45,256 nt of DNA from a virus. Shown here piece by piece: positions 32,513 to 40,935 of this stretch; the first letter of the stretch is position 1; each line of letters starts with the position of its first letter. The stretch covers positions 1 through 45,256 of IMG/VR virus record IMGVR_UViG_3300048910_000050; one strand, given 5' to 3'. A program made the translations under genes and the position numbers. The notes below the pieces were generated by a model. It saw only the letters and a list, made by a program, of their open reading frames with translations. It did no database searches and was not told the DNA's origin.

Positions 32513-32868
32513 CACTTCACTCCTTCCTTTGGTGGGTATAACCCGTCTTGAATCTGCTCTAGCGTGGCCACGGTTTCCTGCTGTCCGACCGGTCGCATCC
32601 ATGCCATGGTTCCAACTATTAGCCGCTTCCATTCGCCGCGCACAAGACTGAAGCGGATGCCAATGGTCGGCCAGCGCTTGCCACGTCGATAAGTGAGATC
32701 CCAGGGCCCAAGGTAAGTCGACGTGATCGGAATCGGGATCATCAACTGTGCACCAAATGACCTCAGAACCGGTCCGTTGCCATAGTTAATCCGCAGGACC
32801 CAGAATCCGAAGATCGATTCAGGCAACTCGTCACCCTCTTTGCGACGCTGGAAGGCGAATAGCTTCAT
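32512..32868 (-). CDS. Hypothetical protein (118 aa), lower third-position GC than its neighbours
   Basis: ATGA-coupled at 32868; MKLFAFQRRKEGDELPESIFGFWVLRINYGNGPV... Confidence 0.55.
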   Translation of the reverse strand: MKLFAFQRRKEGDELPESIFGFWVLRINYGNGPVLRSFGAQLMIPIPITSTYLGPWDLTYRRGKRWPTIGIRFSLVRGEWKRLIVGTMAWMRPVGQQETVATLEQIQDGLYPPKEGVK

Positions 32869-33116
32869 ACGCTGCCGACCTGATTCGTGCAATAGAAATC
32901 GGCGATCCAGTCATCAGCCAAGTCGGCCAGTTCATCAGCCATTTGGCAGCGCGCTACCGCCATCAACGTCTCCGGGTTGTCCGGCAGGTAATCCCCCTGC
33001 GCCCATTTCTCCATCACCGCCTGGCGGTAGTCCCGCAGGTACTGGTGGAACCTCTGCGTCAGCGGGTGGTCCTTCCACTGCTGGTAATCCTCCTTGCTCA
33101 TTCCCTGTGCTGCCAT
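32865..33116 (-). CDS. Hypothetical protein (83 aa) overlapping the portal 3' end by 182 nt in another frame
   Basis: ATG 33116 follows GGGAGAA. MAAQGMSKEDYQQWKDHPLTQRFHQYLRDYRQAVMEKWAQGDY... has strongly G/C third positions. Confidence 0.6.
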   Translation of the reverse strand: MAAQGMSKEDYQQWKDHPLTQRFHQYLRDYRQAVMEKWAQGDYLPDNPETLMAVARCQMADELADLADDWIADFYCTNQVGSV

Positions 33117-35070
33117 CACTTTCTCCCTGTGGTTGCTGCGGTTGTAGTGCTGCCTTGACTTTCTCCAGATGCGAGTCAAACAGTGCTTGCACACTCGTCA
33201 TCAGAAGTTGGAACTGTTGTTCGCCGGCGACTGCCTCGGCCTGTGCGAACTTGAGCGACGCATCCGCCTCCAACTGCACATTCTTCGCCTGCAAGTTCTC
33301 GATTTCGGCCATCATCTTCTCGGCCTTGGCGTTCACCTCGACTTCCATCGCGGCGAGCTTGCCTTGAACCTCCATCACCTTCGGATCCTGCGGCGGCGCC
33401 GGTGGCTCTGTGACCAGCAGCGCATCGATGTCGGGCACCTTCAGCGCCTTCAGGAAGCAGCGATGAAGCTCAACCTGATTGATGAACGGGTCACCCTTAA
33501 ACTGCATCAGCGCCTCAGCGCGCGCCAATTCCTGCGCATCCGAGACCAGATTTGGATCGCTCACAGGCGCCACATCGGTGCCGTCGCCCTGATAGTCGTC
33601 CAGATAGATCGGCTCCGATTTGTCCTCGAAGCGGTAGTAGTCCTCGGGCTGCAGGTACAGCCGGTTCAGCCGGAACAGCTTCGCAAACTCTTGCTTCAGC
33701 GAGCGGTGCACGCGCTTGTAGATCGCGGTGAACGCCTTCAAGCCCTGTTCGATGAGGGCCAATGTTGTCGTTGCGGTTTGGTTAACCTGCTGCTCACCGG
33801 TCAAGATGTCCTTCACCGACGAGATGTCCTTTCCGGCCTCAATCAGCATGCCCAGCAACTGGAACAAGACAGGGCTCGGGCCAGGGAACTGCATGTGATA
33901 GATGCTGTCTGCGATCTTGCCGCCCTGGCTGTCAACGGGCTTGAACTCGCCCGGGGCGAACTTAGCCGCGCCACCCTTCATCTTGAGACCGTTACCGATG
34001 AAGCCACCGCCAGTGTTGGCCAGTGTGCCGGCGTCAAGCAACTGATTCAGCACCGTGTTGATCGTCTCGTTGATCGGGTTCAGCAGCAGGCCCAGCCCGA
34101 CATCATACGAGCCGCCGTCCGGGTTAGGCATGAACGGGTATTTCGTCCAGTAGTTGACCGGCTCGATCTTTGAGACTTCGCCCTTGGCGTTCAGGTAGAT
34201 GCCGTCCTCGTCAAAGCGGGCGACGATACGTGCCACCTCGGACGTTTCCTTGACGACGGTGACGACATACGGCTCTTTGTAGCCGTCCTCGTCCAGGTCG
34301 TACCAGCAGTGCTGCTCCAGGAACTCATAGGCCGGGTCGTCGTCCTGCGTGGAACCTGCTGGCGTGGCAAGCTGCACGTCAACGTAGACATCGCCGCGTA
34401 CGCGCTCGACCACGTCGTTCTTGTAGAGGGTCAGGCACTGCGTGATACGGCGCAGATCCTTCCACGGCGTGGCATGGTCGAAGACGACATATTTCGCCGG
34501 AACCATCTCGCTGCGTGGCCGGCCAAGCGTGGTGTCGAAGTATGTCTTGCGGAAGCAGCAACCGACGATGGCGATTTGCAGCAGCAGCTTGTCGGTGTCC
34601 TCGTCCCAGTCCTGAATCTGCTCCAGCAGCTGGAACGACATGTGATGACCGATGCGGTCTGCGCGCTCCTGCTTCGTGCCATCCGGGTCCGGGCCCATCA
34701 CCATACCCTTGACGACCTGTTCACCTTGGATGATGGCAGGGTAGGCACGGGCACTGAACTGGATTGCGCCGGTCGTGATGAGCGGATACTTGACGTTTGC
34801 AGCCTTCGGCCATGGCCAATTCTTCTCCTGCGACACCTGCATAGCCAAGTCCATGGCCTTCTGCATCGACCGTTCCCAGTCGCCGCGGCTGGCATGGTCG
34901 GTGTCGTAGCCGCGCGTGACCTCCATGCCGATCTTGCGAACGACTTCGGCGTCGAGCATGGGCACGATGTTGGCCTGACCGATGAACGAGCGCAGCAGGC
35001 CAGCCGGCTGCTGCTCCTCGGCCGGCGTATCGTCCTGCTCGTCATCCATTTCGTACGTGTCGTATGCCAT
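32935..35070 (-). CDS. Portal protein (711 aa) with a Pro/Gly/acidic low-complexity C-terminal tail
   Basis: Size and position immediately after terL. Coiled C-terminal region. Confidence 0.85.
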   Translation of the reverse strand: MAYDTYEMDDEQDDTPAEEQQPAGLLRSFIGQANIVPMLDAEVVRKIGMEVTRGYDTDHASRGDWERSMQKAMDLAMQVSQEKNWPWPKAANVKYPLITTGAIQFSARAYPAIIQGEQVVKGMVMGPDPDGTKQERADRIGHHMSFQLLEQIQDWDEDTDKLLLQIAIVGCCFRKTYFDTTLGRPRSEMVPAKYVVFDHATPWKDLRRITQCLTLYKNDVVERVRGDVYVDVQLATPAGSTQDDDPAYEFLEQHCWYDLDEDGYKEPYVVTVVKETSEVARIVARFDEDGIYLNAKGEVSKIEPVNYWTKYPFMPNPDGGSYDVGLGLLLNPINETINTVLNQLLDAGTLANTGGGFIGNGLKMKGGAAKFAPGEFKPVDSQGGKIADSIYHMQFPGPSPVLFQLLGMLIEAGKDISSVKDILTGEQQVNQTATTTLALIEQGLKAFTAIYKRVHRSLKQEFAKLFRLNRLYLQPEDYYRFEDKSEPIYLDDYQGDGTDVAPVSDPNLVSDAQELARAEALMQFKGDPFINQVELHRCFLKALKVPDIDALLVTEPPAPPQDPKVMEVQGKLAAMEVEVNAKAEKMMAEIENLQAKNVQLEADASLKFAQAEAVAGEQQFQLLMTSVQALFDSHLEKVKAALQPQQPQGESDGSTGNEQGGLPAVEGPPADAEVPPVPAGLPPGGDGEMGAGGLPAGQPGDVDGGSALPNG

Positions 35071-36401
35071 CAGTAGCCGCCAATTGCTGATCTTCCGGTG
35101 TAGTCCGGATCCTCTTCTTCGTCATCGCCCCAAGCCTGCGGCTCCTCATACGCCACGCACATCAGGCCAAACGAGTCGGCGCCATGGCTTGACCAATCGT
35201 GTTCAGGCCCAAGGCCAATGCCGCGTATCTCGTCGCGCTTCTCGTGGTAGAAGCCCAGCGCCTCACGGCCTGCTTCAGTCGTCTCGGCGTTGAACCACAT
35301 GGCCGGGAACAGCCGGCGTGCAGCCTCAATACGCGCCTTTGCCGCGCCTTTGCCCTGATTCGGCACGACGGTGACGGTGTAGCCGGCAGACTTCAGCGCA
35401 GACTCATACGACACGTCGAATACCTTGTCTTGCGTCGATCCATCGTGCGGCAGCCAGATTTGCGTGCGCTTTGGGCTGTATCCGCGCTCTCGCATCCACT
35501 CAAGGTGCGTGCCAAGCGGCTGGCCGACTGCCTCGTAGTAGTCAAGTACGCGGATTTCCTTGCCGATGAACTGCGTCACCCACATCGTGAATGCGTCCGC
35601 TCTGGCGCCAGTGCCGCCGATGTCGACGAACACACGCAACGTCATGAGCGGGTCAGCAGCCACGCGCCCTATGCGGCCTTGAGTCTTGGCCATGGTCAGG
35701 CTGGCAGCGTAATACGCGCCCTCGATGACCGTCGCATAGCCGCCTTCCCAGATGTGGTCGTACTGGTCCGGGCGCTCGCGTAGATCGCGTTGCCGATCTC
35801 GCTCCATCTTGGCCGGGAATTTCTCGTTGTCGCGCCAGTTCAGTTCGACGACCTTGATAAGCGGGTCATCCGAGTTACGGAATCGCTTCTCGACCGCAGC
35901 CGTCTTGCGCTTCGGGTTCCACGTCACCCACAACTCAGCATTCCAGTCGCCGCCTTCCTCGCGCAGCGTCGGAATCAGCGTGGTGAACGCTTCGTCTGTG
36001 ACCGGCTCAGCCTCATCCACCCAGCAGATCAGGATGCGACCCTTCGACTTGATGCTGGCAATATTGCGATCCAGGCCGGCAAACGCGAACCAGATCCGAC
36101 CATCACGCGAGCGGATGAACTTCTCACCAACCTCGTAATACGCTTCCAGGAACGGTTCCTCCTCGATCGCGCGCTTGCATTCCTCAAGGCTGGAGTCTTC
36201 CAGCGAGTTCATGAATTGGCGAGCGCACAGCAGCTGGCCAGTGACACCACCCATGCCGTAGATATAGCCACGCAGGGCGATCATCTTGGCGAACGAGCGA
36301 GTTTTGCCGGAGCCCCGGCCGCCGTATGAGCCGCGAACGTCCGCCTCGCCCTCGAAGATCGGGATCAGCTTCTCGGGGATTTCAATCCTTGCGGTCGTCA
36401 T
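35070..36401 (-). CDS. terL: Terminase large subunit
   Basis: Walker A GGRGSGKTRS, Walker B ILICWVDEAE, nuclease-half pattern, 443 aa. Confidence 0.9.
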   Translation of the reverse strand: MTTARIEIPEKLIPIFEGEADVRGSYGGRGSGKTRSFAKMIALRGYIYGMGGVTGQLLCARQFMNSLEDSSLEECKRAIEEEPFLEAYYEVGEKFIRSRDGRIWFAFAGLDRNIASIKSKGRILICWVDEAEPVTDEAFTTLIPTLREEGGDWNAELWVTWNPKRKTAAVEKRFRNSDDPLIKVVELNWRDNEKFPAKMERDRQRDLRERPDQYDHIWEGGYATVIEGAYYAASLTMAKTQGRIGRVAADPLMTLRVFVDIGGTGARADAFTMWVTQFIGKEIRVLDYYEAVGQPLGTHLEWMRERGYSPKRTQIWLPHDGSTQDKVFDVSYESALKSAGYTVTVVPNQGKGAAKARIEAARRLFPAMWFNAETTEAGREALGFYHEKRDEIRGIGLGPEHDWSSHGADSFGLMCVAYEEPQAWGDDEEEDPDYTGRSAIGGY

Positions 36402-36838
36402 TTCCTGAGCGGGGCCAACTCAACGCGGGTGACAGTTTGGACTGGGCCACCATTGGGGCCGGTATGCTCCTGCGTCACCCTGTCGCGCCATTCTTCCTTG
36501 CGGCGGTTCTTCAGCCAGAAGATGGCCGCCGTGGTGTCGGGCGGGTAGTGCTTGACGATTGGGGTCTCAACGATCCTGCCTTCAACGACGCGGATATCGA
36601 TGTCGTCATGCACATACCCGACGGCGCGCGCAAACAGGCTGCGCTCCACGCGGTCATCCGCTTCGTCCTTACCGCTTTTTAAGGACTGTAAAAACTCGTC
36701 GCTTTCAAGCTTCCAGTTGTTTAACGTTTTCTCCGTAACCTCGAAGAAGTCAGCCAATTCCCGATCTGTCGCCCCGAGCTTGCACAGCTTTCGTGCCTGC
36801 TCGATGTATTCCTGCTTGAACTTCGATGGGCGGGCCAT
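36398..36838 (-). CDS. terS: Terminase small subunit
   Basis: MARPSKFKQEYIEQARKLCKLGATDRELADFFEVTEKTLNNWK HTH, and WLKNRRKEEWRD. ATGA-coupled to terL. Confidence 0.8.
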   Translation of the reverse strand: MARPSKFKQEYIEQARKLCKLGATDRELADFFEVTEKTLNNWKLESDEFLQSLKSGKDEADDRVERSLFARAVGYVHDDIDIRVVEGRIVETPIVKHYPPDTTAAIFWLKNRRKEEWRDRVTQEHTGPNGGPVQTVTRVELAPLRK

Positions 36839-36849
36839 AGTGATCGGTC

Positions 36850-36882
36850 AAAAAAAATGGCCCGGCGTGTGAGGCCGGGCCT
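36850..36882 (-). terminator. Strong intrinsic terminator 11 nt upstream of terS
   Basis: Minus-strand reading is ggcccggc-ctcacac-gccgggcc followed by a run of 9 T. Confidence 0.75.
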
Positions 36883-36919
36883 GAGTTCCCTTTCGGGCGG
36901 AGACAACTGACGAGGTAAC

Positions 36920-36951
36920 TGGTTGTGGTGGCCGGTGCTGATCTCCGGCTT
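36920..36951 (-). repeat. Partner of block 3236-3267 (27/32)
   Basis: Hand alignment of the reverse complement. Confidence 0.6.
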
Positions 36952-36999
36952 CATGTGCGTACTGTCCGCTAAGACGTAGTCGCTCTCGTAGGCTCTCGC

Positions 37000-37027
37000 T
37001 GCGCATCAGCCTGCGCATTCACCACAC
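37000..37027 (-). repeat. Exact inverted copy of the 28-nt element at 3124-3151
   Basis: The plus strand reads tgcgcatcagcctgcgcattcaccacac. Confidence 0.9.
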
Positions 37028-37298
37028 GTCGACGCACTGTCTCTCAAGTCCCATGCGGGTACGGCGAGGCAATGACCGTCGATGTGTGGCGCCTCGTTTC
37101 GTGAGGCATCCGGCATGAGCGTCCTCATGCACCAACTTCGGATGAATGCGGCCAATTCCGCACCATTACCGAAACCGTAAACGACAAAGCCCCGCGTCAT
37201 TGCTGATCGCAGGGCTTCGGATTCTTCAGGCGGCCGAAAGCTCCCGCATGGGAGCAATCGACACGTCGGAATGACGGAAATTAGTTGTTGCTTGGAAT

Positions 37299-37589
37299 TT
37301 ACAGCTGAGTTTGCTTAGAGTCAAGCTGTTTTGTATCGTCGGCAACCTCGGCTGCAAACACCAGCAATTCCTCAAGTGTCGGTGCCGCTATCGCATAGAA
37401 CCCAACGGGCGTGTCCGGATACCATTGTAGCGTCCAGATGGAATCGGAATCTATGGCCGCTTGTTTGCTGGCCTCATTCTTCCAGTTGTAGTGATCGTTG
37501 TTATCGATCCATCCCGCCGGGGCTTCGTAATAGTCCCGGTGCTGGTTGTGCTGGAGGTAGAGGCCGCATTTGTGCTCGGGGAGTTTCAT
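37299..37589 (-). CDS. Hypothetical protein (96 aa)
   Basis: ATGA-coupled to the Q-like gene; last gene before the late leader. Confidence 0.6.
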   Translation of the reverse strand: MKLPEHKCGLYLQHNQHRDYYEAPAGWIDNNDHYNWKNEASKQAAIDSDSIWTLQWYPDTPVGFYAIAAPTLEELLVFAAEVADDTKQLDSKQTQL

Positions 37590-37969
37590 ACACATGCCTC
37601 CTCGTTCTTTTCGACCACCGATTCTATCGCAGCCTGCGCCCCCTTTAGCACCGCGGCAAAGTGTTCCCGCGATACCCGCACCCGAGCGTGGCGGCAGATG
37701 ATTTGCCAGCGCATGCCCTCGACGTAGTGATGCCTGAGCACGTCACGCACAGGCTTGAGCAGCTTGCGCATGGAGCGCTCCAGGTGCTGGGCATCGTCGA
37801 TGTCGATCCTGTCGATGATGTCGTGGCCGCTCCACACGTTGCCGAGCGCGGCCTCGCGCATGTTGGCGCAGATGATCCCGGTGATGCATGAGCCTCGATT
37901 GCGTTCCATGGAGCGGAGCCAGCGGGACCAGTTGATCAGGCGGCTGTCGATGTCGTTGTATGCGGTCAA
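37586..37969 (-). CDS. Candidate late-gene regulator (Q-type antiterminator-like)
   Basis: It sits after NinG and before the late leader and terminator, as in lambdoid phages. The RLINWSRWLRS...LRHHYVEG pattern is reminiscent of Q-family proteins. The start is uncertain (TTG 37969 overlaps the upstream TGA). Confidence 0.4.
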   Translation of the reverse strand: MTAYNDIDSRLINWSRWLRSMERNRGSCITGIICANMREAALGNVWSGHDIIDRIDIDDAQHLERSMRKLLKPVRDVLRHHYVEGMRWQIICRHARVRVSREHFAAVLKGAQAAIESVVEKNEEACV

Positions 37970-38106
37970 GGCGTCTCCTCGGTGGTCTGCTCTTTCATCT
38001 TTTTTGCGCCTCGATCGAGAAGCACAGCCAGCCAGACAGCACATGCGAAGCCAGCGACGAAGGAAAGGGCGATGGAGACGGCGAAGTGGATATCGGACTC
38101 GGTCAT
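37966..38106 (-). CDS. Small membrane protein (46 aa); below the track threshold
   Basis: ATGA-coupled at 38106; MTESDIHFAVSIALSFVAGFACAVWLAVLLDRGAKKMKEQTTEETP. Confidence 0.4.
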   Translation of the reverse strand: MTESDIHFAVSIALSFVAGFACAVWLAVLLDRGAKKMKEQTTEETP

Positions 38107-38498
38107 GGGAATCTCCTCAGTTGCTTCGAAAGCTTTCCGAATGCAGGTGCAAGCACTTCGGCTGCAATACGTTCACTCACAGCTACCAGCAGCCCTTCTG
38201 CGATCTCTTCGACTTCAAATTCTTGGTCGAACGATTTGCGGATCTCGATCTTCCGACCATTGATCTGGACGAATAAGCAGAAGTCATGGCGCGCGTTCAT
38301 GGCGTCGATCCGCGTGTGCACGACGCAATCGATAGGGGAGTCCTCCAGACGGATGGCCTGCACGACCTTGTCTCGGGCGGCCTGTTCCATCTCGCGCAGC
38401 AGGCGCACGGATTCATCTGTCGGTGCGCGGTGCTCGTGTACCGTCACTGATTCGTGCACGCGCTTGGTTACGTGGGTGTCGTAATGAATGTCGAACAT
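38103..38498 (-). CDS. Hypothetical protein (131 aa)
   Basis: Complete ORF directly after NinG. Confidence 0.65.
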   Translation of the reverse strand: MFDIHYDTHVTKRVHESVTVHEHRAPTDESVRLLREMEQAARDKVVQAIRLEDSPIDCVVHTRIDAMNARHDFCLFVQINGRKIEIRKSFDQEFEVEEIAEGLLVAVSERIAAEVLAPAFGKLSKQLRRFP

Positions 38499-39128
38499 TT
38501 ACGCTGTCTCCTTCAATGCGCGCAGCTTGGCGCGAAATTGTTCCTTCATGGCGATCAACTCGGGGATCGTCCAGCCGCCGCCGGATTGGTCGGACTCCAA
38601 TGCTTCGACAGCGGGCAGGCCGTAGCGGGCAATCAGGCCGATGCGATAGTCGGCCGCATTCCCTGCGCGGTATCGGTTGCATTTTTTGCACTGGCCGTGC
38701 GCGTTGCGTAAGTCGAAGCGCAGATGTGGTGCGCTGCCGCGGCTTCTGTAATGGCCGCAGTCGTAGCCGCCGCCGGGCTGGTCGGCCAGCGTTGCCAGCA
38801 CGGTGGGGCAGCTGATGCAGGTCTCGTTGCGGTCGCGGTAGCGCACGAGGGCATTGAACGCGGCTTGTGTTTCGGCGATGTGCTGCGATCGAGTCTTGAT
38901 CTTGGCCTTACGCTCGCGCGTGTCCTTGCGCTCCTGCTTCTCGCTGTCTAACTTCCCCTGCGCGATCGAGCATTCAACGCCACACACGCGCTGCCCCATA
39001 CGCTGCGGCCTGAACGTCTCGGCGCAGACGGCGCACTTCCTCTGCCTGAACGTAGGCGTCGACTTGAGGATGCTGCTGCGCTGGCCGAGCGGAGCCTTGC
39101 GCTTGAGAGGCGAGCGGGTGAGGGTCAT
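38499..39128 (-). CDS. ninG: NinG/Rap-family recombination endonuclease
   Basis: CAVCAETF...CGVEC zinc site, then CISC...DCGHYRSRGSAPHLRFDLRNAHGQCKKCNRY, characteristic of lambda NinG. Confidence 0.85.
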   Translation of the reverse strand: MTLTRSPLKRKAPLGQRSSILKSTPTFRQRKCAVCAETFRPQRMGQRVCGVECSIAQGKLDSEKQERKDTRERKAKIKTRSQHIAETQAAFNALVRYRDRNETCISCPTVLATLADQPGGGYDCGHYRSRGSAPHLRFDLRNAHGQCKKCNRYRAGNAADYRIGLIARYGLPAVEALESDQSGGGWTIPELIAMKEQFRAKLRALKETA

Positions 39129-39376
39129 GGCTGAACACCCTTGCAGCCCATGTGCGTCTTGCCGTCGGCGGCGATGCGGGGCGTGAAAGCGGCACTCGAA
39201 CCATCGCGCATGAGATATTGGCAGCCCGTATCAGGATCGGCGTATAGGTACACCGTGTAGGGCAGCGCGTACAAATTGCGCTTAGCAGCAGTTTCCGGTG
39301 CAGGCGTAGTGCTAGGCGCAGGAACGCTTTCTTGGCACCCAGCCAGCAGCACAGCCAGAATCATCAATCGTCTCAT
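39125..39376 (-). CDS. Small lipoprotein (83 aa)
   Basis: MRRLMILAVLLAGC signal peptide plus lipobox; ATGA-coupled to ninG. Confidence 0.75.
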   Translation of the reverse strand: MRRLMILAVLLAGCQESVPAPSTTPAPETAAKRNLYALPYTVYLYADPDTGCQYLMRDGSSAAFTPRIAADGKTHMGCKGVQP

Positions 39377-39425
39377 GTCTCAGTCTCTCCCGTGTCGTTG
39401 CCGCCCGGAGGCCGGGCGGATTGTT

Positions 39426-39581
39426 CTACTGGCTCGGCATCACCGCATCAATGAACAGACAGAAGCACATAGCGGCAATGCCGTAATGCCCCATACCGAC
39501 CAATCCACCTACGGAGCCCGCATGCAAAAGGGTCCACACGGCTTTTCGGGTTGGGTGGCGTGAAACGATTTCGATCTTCAT
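39426..39581 (-). CDS. Small membrane protein (51 aa); below the track threshold
   Basis: ATG 39581 follows GAAAGG; hydrophobic GLVGMGHYGIAAMCFCLFI. Confidence 0.4.
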   Translation of the reverse strand: MKIEIVSRHPTRKAVWTLLHAGSVGGLVGMGHYGIAAMCFCLFIDAVMPSQ

Positions 39582-39621
39582 GTCTGCCTTTCAGGTTGGT
39601 GCTGCGGTTGGTGGGTGGTGG

Positions 39622-40218
39622 TTAATTCGGCTGATACAGGCGTACGGCATCGCTGACCGGCATGCCCCGCTTGACGCGGTAGAGCAATCGCGGGTACGGG
39701 ATGCCCGTTGCTTCGGCCACATCGGCCAGGTGCATCGTTTTTCCGCAATACTCAACGCGAATAGAATCGCGGCGATTGCGCGCCTGTTCCGTGGTGGTAG
39801 CCCAGCGGCAGTTGCTCGGCTCGTAGTTGCCGTTCACATCGATACGATCGATCGTGAGCCCATCGGGACGCAGCCCCATGTCGGCAATGAAATTCTCGAC
39901 CGAGTGCATCCAGCGCTCGCAGACCTTGATGCCGCGACCGCCGTAGTCGGCGTAATGTATCGCTTTGGGATTAATGCATCGATCCCGCATTGCATTCCAG
40001 ACCTTGTATTCATTCGTGCGGCTTAAGCCATGAATTTTCAGCCTCCGACTCGTGACTGCAGGCCGCTGGCAACCGCAGGAACGTGTCTGGCCTAACTTGA
40101 CCTTCGAATACGACGCAGCGAAGTGCTTCCCGCAGTAGCATATGCAGTTCGCCATCTTGTCTTTGACGCCTGGCTCGCGATATTGCGAGAGCACCGTGAT
40201 CCGTGTGTATTGCTTCAT
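39622..40218 (-). CDS. AP2/HNH-like DNA-binding phage protein (198 aa)
   Basis: HGLSRTNEYKVWNAMRDRCINPK...YGGRGIKVCERW...IDRIDVNGNYEPSNCRWATTTEQARNRR is a recurrent phage family pattern. Confidence 0.75.
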   Translation of the reverse strand: MKQYTRITVLSQYREPGVKDKMANCICYCGKHFAASYSKVKLGQTRSCGCQRPAVTSRRLKIHGLSRTNEYKVWNAMRDRCINPKAIHYADYGGRGIKVCERWMHSVENFIADMGLRPDGLTIDRIDVNGNYEPSNCRWATTTEQARNRRDSIRVEYCGKTMHLADVAEATGIPYPRLLYRVKRGMPVSDAVRLYQPN

Positions 40219-40257
40219 TGTCAATCCCCCTGCGCAGCATCTCGCGCGAATTGGTCT

Positions 40258-40347
40258 CTATGCCCTCATCCGCACGCCCAGGCGAAGCATCAGCCGGACG
40301 AATTCCAGTGCGGCGCGATTCTCAAGGTGGTATTGCTGCTTTGTCAT
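40258..40347 (-). CDS. Possible 29-aa peptide
   Basis: ATGA-coupled to the upstream gene; G/C-rich third positions. Very short. Confidence 0.25.
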   Translation of the reverse strand: MTKQQYHLENRAALEFVRLMLRLGVRMRA

Positions 40348-40553
40348 GATGTCTCCTGTTGTTTCCTGCGTTTCGCCTCGTCATAGCAATCGATCAGGAT
40401 CGTGTGCCAGTCGTCCCGAGCGCTCCAGTACGAGGATCGGCAGTGGTTCACGTCGCCCCGGTCAAACTCACCCATCTGTGCCAATTCGGCGAGGCGCTTT
40501 TCGATCTTTGGCGGCAGCGGTTTAGTCACGTTTCTTCCGTCCATACTCGTCAT
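40344..40553 (-). CDS. Hypothetical protein (69 aa)
   Basis: Complete ORF. A hairpin (40557-40577) abuts its start codon. Confidence 0.6.
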   Translation of the reverse strand: MTSMDGRNVTKPLPPKIEKRLAELAQMGEFDRGDVNHCRSSYWSARDDWHTILIDCYDEAKRRKQQETS

Positions 40554-40935
40554 TTAGAGGGGTTGGTTGGACCCCTCAGCCTAGGTAGTGCATGTAAGGG
40601 GTGTTACTGCGGCCCCTGAGCAAAATCAGCGCGAACTGCTATCGCAAGTGACGTCTTCACGGGTGGTCAATCCCGCTACGGCACGCCCAAACCGCCCCCT
40701 TCTGCCCATCTGGGCGATGCACTCGTTTGAATGCGCCGCCCACATAAGCCAAGCCTTCCAACTCTGTACCTCTGTTCGGTCCGGCCTGTGCTCTCAGGCC
40801 TCGCCAGGGCCCCCTCTGCGCCCTGTTCTCGCTGTGTCCTGTGGTTCGTCAGTGACGGCCGGTCTTTTCGCGGTGTGGGCCGATTTCAAGCCCCTGCACG
40901 TTTTTTATGGTGTCGTCCGCTCCACCCTTAGTGTC

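Noticed and set aside
37006-37257. 83-aa minus-strand ORF in the late leader, ending (..TCGECAG) inside the 28-mer repeat
   Set aside because: There is no convincing RBS at either candidate start, and third-position GC is intermediate. The same frame in the other repeat copy (region 3023-3145) has no proper start. The region is treated as non-coding leader, though a small protein cannot be excluded.
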